A stretch of 17,389 nucleotides of DNA from Promethearchaeia archaeon (lineage in GTDB: Archaea > Asgardarchaeota > Lokiarchaeia > Sigyniarchaeales > SOKP01): the NCBI GenBank assembly GCA_029856155.1, contig JAHQWL010000086.1:1-17389 (forward strand), read 5' to 3'. Below the pieces are notes generated by a model. That model saw only the letters and a program-made list of their open reading frames with translations, ran no database searches and was not told where the DNA came from. The number at the start of each line of letters is the position of its first letter. The first letter of the stretch is position 1. Made by a program: the position numbers and the translations under genes. Of this stretch, positions 1 to 8,696 are shown piece after piece.

Positions 1-2
1 TG

Positions 3-1448
3 GGAAATATTGTAGGAGATCGATATGTATCTGAAGAACCTGAGATACAATTTTTATATCATTATGATTTCATTACAGCAGAACCAGAGGGAAAATGTGA
101 TATTGCCATTATGCCTGAAACAGCTGAAGAAGTTCAAGAAATTGTAAAAGTTGCAAATAAATATAAGATTCCAATTGTCCCTTGGGTATCAGGAATAAAT
201 TTTGGTTCAATTGCTACACCTCGAAAGGGAGGAATTGTTGTTGATTTACGACGTATGAATCGAGTACTTGAAGTAAATGAAGATGATATGTATGCTGTTG
301 TTGAGGGGGGTATTACTTGGGCTGATTTCGTAGGATATCTTAATAAGCATCATCCCGGTTTTAGGACAGGAGTAACTTTTTCTCCCCCAGGTACAGGAGT
401 AGTCCCCTCATGTTTAGCTTATGGAATGTGGGATCTTGGTATGATAGGAGGGACAGGAGCAGAATTTACTAATGGTTTAGAGGTAGTATTACCAACTGGA
501 GAATTAATAAGAGCCGGTTCATGTAGTCTTACTGATTATTGGTATGGTAGACAACCCTTACCAGATATCTCAGGATTATTTATAGGATGGGAAGGCACTA
601 CTGGAATTGTAACAAAAGCAGCAATAAAAATTTGGCCAAAACTCCCATATCGAACTGATTTTCTTCCATTTGCAAATAGAGTTGAGGATGGAGTTCCAAT
701 GTTGCTTAAATTATCAAAAGCAGGTCTAGGAATTGTTGATCTATTGATGACAAATTTGGGATGGGCACAATCTCTTCAATGTTTTGATCAAAAGAGTGTT
801 GCAATAGATCCTGTATCGCTTGGACTACCTGATTTTATTGGTTTAATTACAACTGAGGCCTACACGGAAGAACAACATGAAGCCCAATGTAATGCTATTA
901 AAAATATTTGTCGGGAACATAATATTGAACCATTAACTGCTGATGTTCAAACAAGAAATTTTCCCGAACAGATGAGAGGGGTTTTAGGTCATATCTTTCC
1001 AGCTACGGGAGGACAACTCCCAATACAATTTTGGGGGTGTTGGAATTTTGCCAGAGGTGGTGGAGGAGAGTGGATTGGATGTTATAATACAACACGTAAT
1101 ATTATCAAATATTACAATCTTTCAAGAGAAATATGTATTAAATACGGAAAATCACCACAATATTATTGTAGAATTATGTTTGGAGGGCATTATTGTGTCA
1201 CAAGAACAAACGTGAATTTCAACAAAAATGATCCAGAAGATATTAAGAAAACAAGGCAGATTTTGAAAGAAATTCATGATGCTGTCCAACAACTTGAAGG
1301 TACCATTATGTATAAACCTCCAAAATGGGTAGTTCAACACTATAAAGATAAAACTTTACCAGAAACAACCAATCTCATTGATAAAATTAAAAAGTTTTTA
1401 GATCCAAATAATATAATGAATCCTGGACAGGGTATTGGAGATGAATGA
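3..1448 (+). CDS. FAD-binding oxidoreductase, VAO/PCMH (FAD_binding_4 + FAD-oxidase_C) superfamily, GlcD-like; 5' partial
   Basis: The frame is open from nt 3 (GNIVGDRYVSEEPEIQFLYHYD...CDIAIMPETAEEVQEIVK), so the real start lies left of the window and not at 111. Family motifs: GGIVVDLRRMNRVLEVN, GLEVVLPTGE, GLFIGWEGTTGIVTKA, C-terminal IKKFLDPNNIMNPG. Confidence 0.9.
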   Translation, partial: GNIVGDRYVSEEPEIQFLYHYDFITAEPEGKCDIAIMPETAEEVQEIVKVANKYKIPIVPWVSGINFGSIATPRKGGIVVDLRRMNRVLEVNEDDMYAVVEGGITWADFVGYLNKHHPGFRTGVTFSPPGTGVVPSCLAYGMWDLGMIGGTGAEFTNGLEVVLPTGELIRAGSCSLTDYWYGRQPLPDISGLFIGWEGTTGIVTKAAIKIWPKLPYRTDFLPFANRVEDGVPMLLKLSKAGLGIVDLLMTNLGWAQSLQCFDQKSVAIDPVSLGLPDFIGLITTEAYTEEQHEAQCNAIKNICREHNIEPLTADVQTRNFPEQMRGVLGHIFPATGGQLPIQFWGCWNFARGGGGEWIGCYNTTRNIIKYYNLSREICIKYGKSPQYYCRIMFGGHYCVTRTNVNFNKNDPEDIKKTRQILKEIHDAVQQLEGTIMYKPPKWVVQHYKDKTLPETTNLIDKIKKFLDPNNIMNPGQGIGDE

Positions 1449-1449
1449 A

Positions 1450-2700
1450 ATGGTAAAACGAGAAAAGACAAAATTTATTGATGGTAAGGGTATAACTCGT
1501 ATTAAAACAGTTCCAGATCAACAAAAACTTGATAGACATAAAAATTTAGATTATTATAAAGACATCTTATATCAATGTGGAAAATGCGGTACATGCCGAA
1601 CTGGATATCAGGAAAAGGATTGGTTTCGAGTTTGTCCTTCTGGAGAGTTTGGAAAGTTTGAAGCTTATTATTTAGGAGGAAAAAATCTACTTTCTTGGGC
1701 AGTTAATTCAAATCGCTTAGATTGGACAGAAAATTTAGCAAATATATTTTACCAATGTTCTGTTTGCTTAGCATGTACACAACAGTGTCAAATCCCTGAA
1801 ATCCATTATTATGCTGGAGAATGGTTAATGGCAATGAGAGAAAAGGCTGTTCAAAAAGGCTTTGGACCAATGCCAGAGCAAAAAAAGTATTCTGAACATG
1901 TTGCTTTGGAATACAATCCTTATATGGAAAAGCATAAAAATAGAACAAACTGGTTACCTTCTCACATAAAACAATCTCAAGATGCAAAATTAGCATATTT
2001 TGTTGGATGTACGACTAGTTACAGAGAACAAAATATTGCAATTAATACAGCAGAAATATTGAATTCCCTACAAGTTGATTTTAAAATACTTAAAGATGAA
2101 CATTGCTGTGGATCTCCTGTGTATATGACTGGTCAAACTGAAAAAGCAAAGCAGATTGCTAAAGCTAATATAGACATCTTTAAAGATGAAGGGATTGAAA
2201 AAATTATAACTTCTTGTGCTGGTTGTTATCGAATGTTAAAAGAAACTTATCCCAAGAAATTCGAGCTTGAGCATGGTCTTGAGATACTTCATTTACCTGA
2301 GTTTATTTTAGAGAAAATAAATAATAATGAAGTAAAATTCGATAATAATTTAAAAATGAAAATAACTTACCACGATCCTTGTCATATTGGACGCCACATG
2401 GGAATATATGAACCTCCAAGAGAAGTATTGAAGAACATTCCAGGGATTGAAATAATTGAAATGCCAAGAAACAGACAAAATGCTTGGTGTTGTGGCTCTG
2501 GTGGTGGTGTGAGATCAGCTTTTAAAGAATTATCTAGCTTCGCTGCGAACGAAAGAATTGAGGAAGCAAAAGAGACTACTGCAGAAGCAATAGTTTCTTG
2601 TTGTCCATTCTGTTTAAACCAATTCAAATCAAATATTCTAGATGATGGTATTAAAACCTATGATCTTTCAGAATTAATAAATAAAGCAATTAAGAGATAA
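1450..2700 (+). CDS. (Fe-S)-binding oxidoreductase subunit, HdrD/GlpC/GlcF family (2x[4Fe-4S] domain + two CCG domains)
   Basis: CGKCGTC...VCPS and CSVCLACTQQC ferredoxin-like motifs; FVGC, EHCCGSP...TSCAGC, TYHDPCHIGR, WCCGSGGG, SCCPFC CCG-domain motifs. It abuts the upstream stop. ATG 1450 has GGAG (1437-1440) 9 nt upstream; alternative starts are 1441 (ATG) and 1435 (TTG). Confidence 0.9.
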   Translation: MVKREKTKFIDGKGITRIKTVPDQQKLDRHKNLDYYKDILYQCGKCGTCRTGYQEKDWFRVCPSGEFGKFEAYYLGGKNLLSWAVNSNRLDWTENLANIFYQCSVCLACTQQCQIPEIHYYAGEWLMAMREKAVQKGFGPMPEQKKYSEHVALEYNPYMEKHKNRTNWLPSHIKQSQDAKLAYFVGCTTSYREQNIAINTAEILNSLQVDFKILKDEHCCGSPVYMTGQTEKAKQIAKANIDIFKDEGIEKIITSCAGCYRMLKETYPKKFELEHGLEILHLPEFILEKINNNEVKFDNNLKMKITYHDPCHIGRHMGIYEPPREVLKNIPGIEIIEMPRNRQNAWCCGSGGGVRSAFKELSSFAANERIEEAKETTAEAIVSCCPFCLNQFKSNILDDGIKTYDLSELINKAIKR

Positions 2701-2714
2701 AACTATAAATCCTC

Positions 2715-2734
2715 TTTTTTTTATTATCTTTATA
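2715..2734 (+). terminator. T8 tract (possible archaeal-type terminator) followed by a TTTATA TATA-like box for the next gene
   Basis: T run 2715-2722 lies 14 nt after the stop at 2700. TTTATA 2729-2734 lies about 20-25 nt before ATG 2754. This is a weak signal in AT-rich DNA. Confidence 0.3.
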
Positions 2735-2753
2735 GAATCATATATGGAATTTT

Positions 2754-3536
2754 ATGAAAACAGAATTATTTGAAGAAATTCTTGATAATTTAAGGAATTA
2801 TATTATCTCTGCATCCCAAAAAGGGAAAAATCTTATTACTTATCAAGAAAATTCTGAACCTCTTAAATTATTTGAAAAGTTGAATATTAAAGTTGAATTA
2901 GATAAGCATAAAGAAATAATTCTTCAAGAAGAAACAAAGCTCGAATTGGGGGGTATTAATAAAAAGTCATTTTCTTTAGTGTTTCCCTTCTCTAATTCAG
3001 AATTTATTACTCATATAAATGACGGAACAATTAATCTAATTGGGCAAAAAATCAAAGATATAAAAGAATTATCTATCGATTTTGGAATGATAATTCTAAT
3101 TGGAGGAAAATCTATTACCGAAAAAGATTGGGAATCTTTAAGACAATTTAATCTTATATCTAATGGAATAGAAGGATTTTTGATAAGAACAATTCCTAGA
3201 AAATTTTGGTGCAGAATTAGTGAGAACATACTGAAGAATTTTACATTTGAATTTTTAGGAAATGCTATTTTTTATTTATATAAACAACGTTTTAAAGATT
3301 TAATTGATTCTATGGAGATTTTTTTTGTTAATACGTATCCAAATGTAATAGATGAGTTTATTAAAATTACTTCTAAAATTAATACACATATAAATGAAAA
3401 ATGGTTAGAGAAAATAGAAAATTGGAAAAAAAGAATTGATTGCAATTATGATTGGGGATGTGAGATTTGTCCTTACCAAAAAGAATGTTATGAAATTAAA
3501 CAAGTATTAGTTGAAAGAGAAAAAATGGAGAAATAA
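2754..3536 (+). CDS. Truncated acetyl-CoA synthase beta (CdhC/AcsB)-like protein with C-terminal CX5CX2CX5C motif
   Basis: ELGG...DGTINLIG.KI...FGMIILIGG...IEGFL.R....FWCRISE...NFTFEFLGNAI..YK..F...IDSMEIFFV resembles the N-terminal domain of archaeal CdhC (DGKI..IGPDI...EGFM.....W.R.SK....GF....G) as I recall it. It lacks the A-cluster domain and ends in CNYDWGCEICPYQKEC. It is adjacent to cooC. Confidence 0.7.
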   Translation: MKTELFEEILDNLRNYIISASQKGKNLITYQENSEPLKLFEKLNIKVELDKHKEIILQEETKLELGGINKKSFSLVFPFSNSEFITHINDGTINLIGQKIKDIKELSIDFGMIILIGGKSITEKDWESLRQFNLISNGIEGFLIRTIPRKFWCRISENILKNFTFEFLGNAIFYLYKQRFKDLIDSMEIFFVNTYPNVIDEFIKITSKINTHINEKWLEKIENWKKRIDCNYDWGCEICPYQKECYEIKQVLVEREKMEK

Positions 3537-3557
3537 TACTCTAGAATTTTAGTTATT

Positions 3558-4355
3558 ATGAAAAAAAAGAAGGATAATGAAAAACCACTAACAATTTCGG
3601 TTGTTGGAAAGGGAGGCTCTGGTAAAAGCCTTATAACAACTCTCTTAGCAAAGAGTATATCAAAAGGATATGATTTTAAAATGCTTTTAATTGATGCGGA
3701 TCCAACGCATCCTCATTTAAGCCATATGGTAAATTTGGTTCCGGAAAAAAGTCTTGAGAAGTTAAGAACAGAAGTTATAGATGAGATTTTAACAAAAGCA
3801 AAAGATTTTGAAAAAGTAGCGGAAAACATAGACTTTGAAGTCTATAATGCTATAGCTGAAAATAAAGATTTTAGTTTATTTTCTATTGGTCAACCAGAAG
3901 GACCTGGGTGTTTTTGTCCTTCAAATACTCTTTTACGAAAGGTTATTGGTTCTATTTCTAAAGATTTTGATATAGTCCTAATTGATTGTGAAGCGGGGCT
4001 TGAACAGATCAATAGAATGGTAATAGAAAGTGTTGATATTCTCTTAATTGTTTCAGATATTTCAATAAGAAGTATTGAAACTGCTAACGCTATTCGTAAA
4101 AGTGCTAAGAAATTTACTAAGTACAAAAAACTTGGTATTATCTTGAATAGAGTCAAAGGAAATATTGATTTTATTCTTAATAAGTTAAAAGATCTTGAGC
4201 TACCTCTTTTGGGGGAAATTCCAGAAGATAATAATATTACAAAATTTGAGGTAACGGGGAAATCCATAATTGATCTCTCTGAAAATTCAAAAAGCTATCT
4301 GGCTCTAAAAAAATTAACAGAAATAATACTAAATCCAAAATTTTTAAAAAGTTAG
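3558..4355 (+). CDS. cooC: CooC/AcsF-type nickel-insertion ATPase (MinD/CbiA P-loop family)
   Basis: Deviant Walker A GKGGSGKS, IDADP, Ni-binding GPGCFC (CxC), and DCEAGLEQINR matching the CooC D-x-EAG-x-E-H/Q signature. Confidence 0.88.
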   Translation: MKKKKDNEKPLTISVVGKGGSGKSLITTLLAKSISKGYDFKMLLIDADPTHPHLSHMVNLVPEKSLEKLRTEVIDEILTKAKDFEKVAENIDFEVYNAIAENKDFSLFSIGQPEGPGCFCPSNTLLRKVIGSISKDFDIVLIDCEAGLEQINRMVIESVDILLIVSDISIRSIETANAIRKSAKKFTKYKKLGIILNRVKGNIDFILNKLKDLELPLLGEIPEDNNITKFEVTGKSIIDLSENSKSYLALKKLTEIILNPKFLKS

Positions 4356-4522
4356 TCTTTAAGTAATTTTAAATCCTATTATAATACTAATTTGAGTAAT
4401 AAAAAATCTTTTTAAGGTTGATCTGGAGAATTTATTATATATATAAAAATTAATTAATTTTGCATATAATCCAATTTAATTCTTTTATTGAAACGTGTTA
4501 AGTTTAAGGGTAAAAGAAATCT

Positions 4523-6244
4523 ATGACGCTAAATACTAAAAAAGTATTAATAATTTATGTCTTAATCTCTTTAACTTCCTCTATCATTGAAATTGTTTTT
4601 CTAAAATCGTTTTTTTATAGTTTTTGGATAACATATATTGGGGTTTTCTTCACTGGACATTATATTAGGCGTGCAATTAATGACTTCTTTAAACAATTTC
4701 ACATAAAAAAGGTTGTGAGATCTTTAATAACTCCTTGGATTATGTTTTCGCTTGTTGTTTTTTATGTACAACTCTATTTTATTTCTGATTTATTAGCAAG
4801 AGGCGAAGGATACCTAGGATTTAGTTATATCAGCTTTTTTATTTTTTTTTTGGGATTAATTATTTTGGTTTTACTCTCTATTAATCCTCTTATTAGAATT
4901 ATTGCCGTAGCATTCCATAGAAGAAAATCAAATTTATTTCCAATTAATAGAGTTGAGTATGTTGCAATGGAACATTTAAAAAGATCACCCCAGAATAGTC
5001 TATTGTTTTCTGAATTGAAAAATCGAATAAAGGGAACTTTTAATATCTTTATATCTAACCTACATTTTGATGAAGAAACTTCTATTTCTAGTATATATCA
5101 TTTGTGCGGACTTAGATTAGCTGATATTAATAATAATATAGTTAAGTTAAATCAAGATGGTCAAAAGCAAGAAAAAGTCTGGAATGATACACTTATTAAT
5201 CAAAATGGTAAATTTAATAAGATACTAACTAGTAGTAGCGTCCTTATAAGATCATTTATTGTATTATTCATACTAAGTCTTCTTAAAATATTTATTGGGT
5301 TATTTAATTCTGAGTCCTTGACTGCAGAAGGCTTTGAGAATTTTCTTGACTGTATCGCAGTTATATTAATTGGTATTGGTATTAAATACAGAAAAGAAAA
5401 GCTTGTCAATATAATTTTAATTAGTTTAATGGCTTTTACTGGTGGTTCTATTTTATATAGTTCAATTGAATCCCTAATACTTGGTCCTCACCAAATTTCA
5501 AATACACTGATTATTATAATAATTGCTATGATATCAATTTTCCTGAATACATATATGAGAGCGTTGAAAAATTTTGTTGGGAAAAAGAGTAGAAACTCAT
5601 CTCTGGTAGCAAGTGCTATAGATTCGAGGGTTAACGTAATTATTTCTATTGGTATAATTATAGGTGCTCTTTTTTCAGATTTTGGAAGGACTGTTAATGC
5701 AACATTTCTCTATTACCTAGACCCAATTATAGCAATAGTTATCTGTTTTTTTATTTTTAGAGAAGTTATTGAAATTTTTAAGGAATTTATTACCGGTAAT
5801 GAGGAAGATATCGAATTAGGAAGCTTTCAAATGGCTTATGAAGAAAATTTCAAAGAATACATTGTTAAATGGATCCTTACTGTTCTTTATCATAATGACC
5901 AAAAAACGGTCACTAATGAGCAATTAGATCAATTATTTCAAGATTCCTTAAGTAAAGGAGATTTGATATATACAGATTTATCTCATTTTGGTTTATACTT
6001 ATTTAAAGAAGAAGGAATTGGTTCTATAATTCATAGTCTTATTGATCTTGATGTTTTAATTCAATTTAATGGGGATAACATAAAAATAACAGAAAAAGGA
6101 AATTATATGTATGAAAATTTATATTCAAAACCACTTTTGGATGATATTCAGGATCCATTTGATTTCTTTTTCGAACAAAATTACGATTTTGATAGTTTAA
6201 GGCATAGAAAGCAAGAATTATTAGAGAATTATTCAAAAAATTGA
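4523..6244 (+). CDS. Cation diffusion facilitator (CDF/cation efflux) family membrane protein with extra N-terminal TM region and two winged-helix-like domains
   Basis: CDF core at about aa 240-420: SESLTAEGFENFLD (TM2), NSSLVASAIDSRVNV (TM5), YLDPIIAIVI (TM6). There are about 4 additional N-terminal hydrophobic helices and two soluble segments ending in wHTH-like L..L.L......KL/IT..G wings. Confidence 0.72.
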   Translation: MTLNTKKVLIIYVLISLTSSIIEIVFLKSFFYSFWITYIGVFFTGHYIRRAINDFFKQFHIKKVVRSLITPWIMFSLVVFYVQLYFISDLLARGEGYLGFSYISFFIFFLGLIILVLLSINPLIRIIAVAFHRRKSNLFPINRVEYVAMEHLKRSPQNSLLFSELKNRIKGTFNIFISNLHFDEETSISSIYHLCGLRLADINNNIVKLNQDGQKQEKVWNDTLINQNGKFNKILTSSSVLIRSFIVLFILSLLKIFIGLFNSESLTAEGFENFLDCIAVILIGIGIKYRKEKLVNIILISLMAFTGGSILYSSIESLILGPHQISNTLIIIIIAMISIFLNTYMRALKNFVGKKSRNSSLVASAIDSRVNVIISIGIIIGALFSDFGRTVNATFLYYLDPIIAIVICFFIFREVIEIFKEFITGNEEDIELGSFQMAYEENFKEYIVKWILTVLYHNDQKTVTNEQLDQLFQDSLSKGDLIYTDLSHFGLYLFKEEGIGSIIHSLIDLDVLIQFNGDNIKITEKGNYMYENLYSKPLLDDIQDPFDFFFEQNYDFDSLRHRKQELLENYSKN

Positions 6245-6257
6245 CTTTACAATATGT

Positions 6258-8660
6258 TCAGAATTTTAAAGTCTTTATCTTCCATGGACCTAATTTTATT
6301 TTATTTGAATCGAAGGACGAGAGTAAATCATAATTTAAGTCGATTTCTTTTACTCGATTTTTTATCAACCCTCCCTTTATTTTAATTATACTCTCTTTAT
6401 TAGATGGGTTAAAAAACCTTATAAAAGACCCATTATCACGTCTCCATAAATTAATTACCGAAATTGGAGGCTCTATAGATAAGAATTCATCAATATTTTT
6501 AGCAAAATGAAGATTCTCCTCGATTTCAATTCCAAAAAATTTGTAGTAATATGAATTCACATAAAATAAGGGAGAAACTGAATTATTCTCATCTGTAATT
6601 GATATGGCAAATTCATATCTTCCTTTTTTTGTTAATAGGTTTCGAATTTCAAAATTTTCCCGATTAATTATGAATTTTTGGCAATTTTTTTGAATATAGA
6701 TTATACCTTGCTGAGATCCCTTTAACCACATAAAATCTAATGTTTGGATATTTGTTCTTCTCGTCTCTTCAATCCCAAAAGGATAATTAATAATAGATTT
6801 CTTAATTTCAATTTTAGGTGTAAGTATTATTTCTTGTAATGAATCTGAATCAATAAAAAATTCAAGTCTATTTATTTCTCTATATTGAACTAATTCAATT
6901 TTAAACGTATGTTTTTTTAATTTCCCGATTATCGTGTTTCTCTCGACAACGTCATTTTGATATTGTCCCTTTAAAAACAGCTTATAGTTTTGCTTTTTAT
7001 TAAAATTTAGTTCAAAAACCTTGTTTTTCTTATACGCTATTTTAATAGTCTTCAAATCTTCTAAGATCTCTATGTTAAATAAAAACTCTGATTCTTCATG
7101 AGATTCTAAATCATTTTTCTTTGTATATGAAACAAATTTATATCCAAATTGCGGGATTTCCTCAATAATCTGGAAAACAGAATCTTGTTTAGAATAAATT
7201 GAAATTACATCACGTCTAGTGTACGATGTAGGATTAAATATAAAAATTTTTTTAGTTATATTCTTTATATCATTTTCTTTTTGACTTAATTCTTTTACTA
7301 AATAAGAAAGCGAATCATTAATGAACTTTTGACATCTTTCTTGAATTTCTTTATGAATTTGAAGACTAAGATCAGAAATAGTTATATTAGGGAATGTAAT
7401 TTCTATCTTTTCCAATTCTTCTTTGCCTAATTGAGTCTGAGTATAATCCCCTGATCGTATAAAAGGTACTGCATAACAATCATGAGCTTGAGCAAGTAAA
7501 AGCTTTTTCCATAAATCTTCAAATAAAGAATCATAACTTCTATGCCCAAAAAATCCTAAAATAGAATTAAGAACTTCTGCCGATAATAATAATATTTCCG
7601 AATTTTTATTTTGAAGAAACAACTCAGATGGAATAAAAATAAAATTTCCAAGAAAGAATTCATCCCGTTTATATTTGAATTCACCATTTTTTTCAATTAA
7701 TTGAAAAAAATCAGAACACTGTAAAAATTTACCAAAAATTTCTGAACTTTTAGATATACGCCAGACTTCCTCTTGAAAGGGTTGAGGATTCCTGAAATCT
7801 TCAAGATTAGAATAAATAATATGCTCCATAAAAGGACGAGCAACAGATTGGAATAATAAACTCGGAATTTCTTTAAAGAACGTTCCATGCCAATATTCTC
7901 CATTAAATACTCCTGATTGATCAACAATAGAATCAATTGAAGTACTATCTAACCCAATCCAATTAATATGTGAAGATATAGACGTTGGATTAACTCCTAA
8001 TAACCTAGCTCTCAAAGAGCCGTATTTTATATTAAATCCTTTTAAAATTTGAGGAATTTGTGGATGGAGTGAACTTTCAGAGCAGTAATAAATGTTGCAA
8101 TCTAAACCTAATTTTCTTAATTCCTTCAAACCATATTCAAATTGCTTAATATTTGACTCGGGACCTATAATTAAATTATATGGTTGAGAATAAGAAGGAT
8201 TTATAATTTCAAATTTCCCTTGTTTAACCAGTTTTAAAAAATATGAAATTTTATCAGTCGAATTCTGATTTAACCATTCTAGACATGAGATTGCAATTTC
8301 AAGATTATAAGGCATGTTGGTTTCAATCGCTAATTCCATCTTTTGTAAAAGTGCATCCAAAGCATGGTTAGGAGAATCAAATTCACAGAAACCAATGTTA
8401 TTGATGATAATACCTCCATGTCCTCCTATAATAAAATAGATTTTTATCAGTATTTCTTGACTTATTATTGAGGATAATTTATTTAAAATACTTTTATAGA
8501 GTTTTAATTTTGGTGCTTCTTCAGTTATATTCTTAATATCATTGAATTTTTCTCTTATTCTATTTAGATTGATTTTTTTCTTTGGGATTATGTTTTTTTC
8601 AACAAATTCTTCAACTAAATCAATAGCTTTTCCTAATGCTGAAATTTCTTCAGGCTTCAT
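6258..8660 (-). CDS. Divergent glycoside hydrolase family 38 (alpha-mannosidase-like) protein
   Basis: QGKFEII...YSQPYNLIIGPESNIKQFEYG and PQIPQILKGFNIKY match the GH38 N-terminal (G.WE..GG....D.NL.SGES..RQ..YG; LPQIL..GI) pattern. The middle domain has WKKLLLAQAHD (cf. W..LL.NQFHD), followed by IFNPTSYTR, YPFG and a C-terminal beta-sandwich-like region. Confidence 0.72.
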   Translation of the reverse strand: MKPEEISALGKAIDLVEEFVEKNIIPKKKINLNRIREKFNDIKNITEEAPKLKLYKSILNKLSSIISQEILIKIYFIIGGHGGIIINNIGFCEFDSPNHALDALLQKMELAIETNMPYNLEIAISCLEWLNQNSTDKISYFLKLVKQGKFEIINPSYSQPYNLIIGPESNIKQFEYGLKELRKLGLDCNIYYCSESSLHPQIPQILKGFNIKYGSLRARLLGVNPTSISSHINWIGLDSTSIDSIVDQSGVFNGEYWHGTFFKEIPSLLFQSVARPFMEHIIYSNLEDFRNPQPFQEEVWRISKSSEIFGKFLQCSDFFQLIEKNGEFKYKRDEFFLGNFIFIPSELFLQNKNSEILLLSAEVLNSILGFFGHRSYDSLFEDLWKKLLLAQAHDCYAVPFIRSGDYTQTQLGKEELEKIEITFPNITISDLSLQIHKEIQERCQKFINDSLSYLVKELSQKENDIKNITKKIFIFNPTSYTRRDVISIYSKQDSVFQIIEEIPQFGYKFVSYTKKNDLESHEESEFLFNIEILEDLKTIKIAYKKNKVFELNFNKKQNYKLFLKGQYQNDVVERNTIIGKLKKHTFKIELVQYREINRLEFFIDSDSLQEIILTPKIEIKKSIINYPFGIEETRRTNIQTLDFMWLKGSQQGIIYIQKNCQKFIINRENFEIRNLLTKKGRYEFAISITDENNSVSPLFYVNSYYYKFFGIEIEENLHFAKNIDEFLSIEPPISVINLWRRDNGSFIRFFNPSNKESIIKIKGGLIKNRVKEIDLNYDLLSSFDSNKIKLGPWKIKTLKF

Positions 8661-8696
8661 ATTCTAATCCCATGACATTTTTAATGTAATTAAAGT

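Noticed and set aside
111-113. ATG 111 as start of the FAD oxidoreductase
   Set aside because: The frame is open and family-like back to the window edge, so the gene starts upstream.
2754-4355. Functional Wood-Ljungdahl ACS/CODH locus
   Set aside because: No A-cluster domain, CODH, corrinoid or methyltransferase genes in the window.
6242-6260. Selenocysteine read-through of TGA stops (1446, 6242, 6258)
   Set aside because: The stops fall at plausible C-termini, read-through would run into neighbouring genes, and I found no conserved Cys position or recognisable SECIS.
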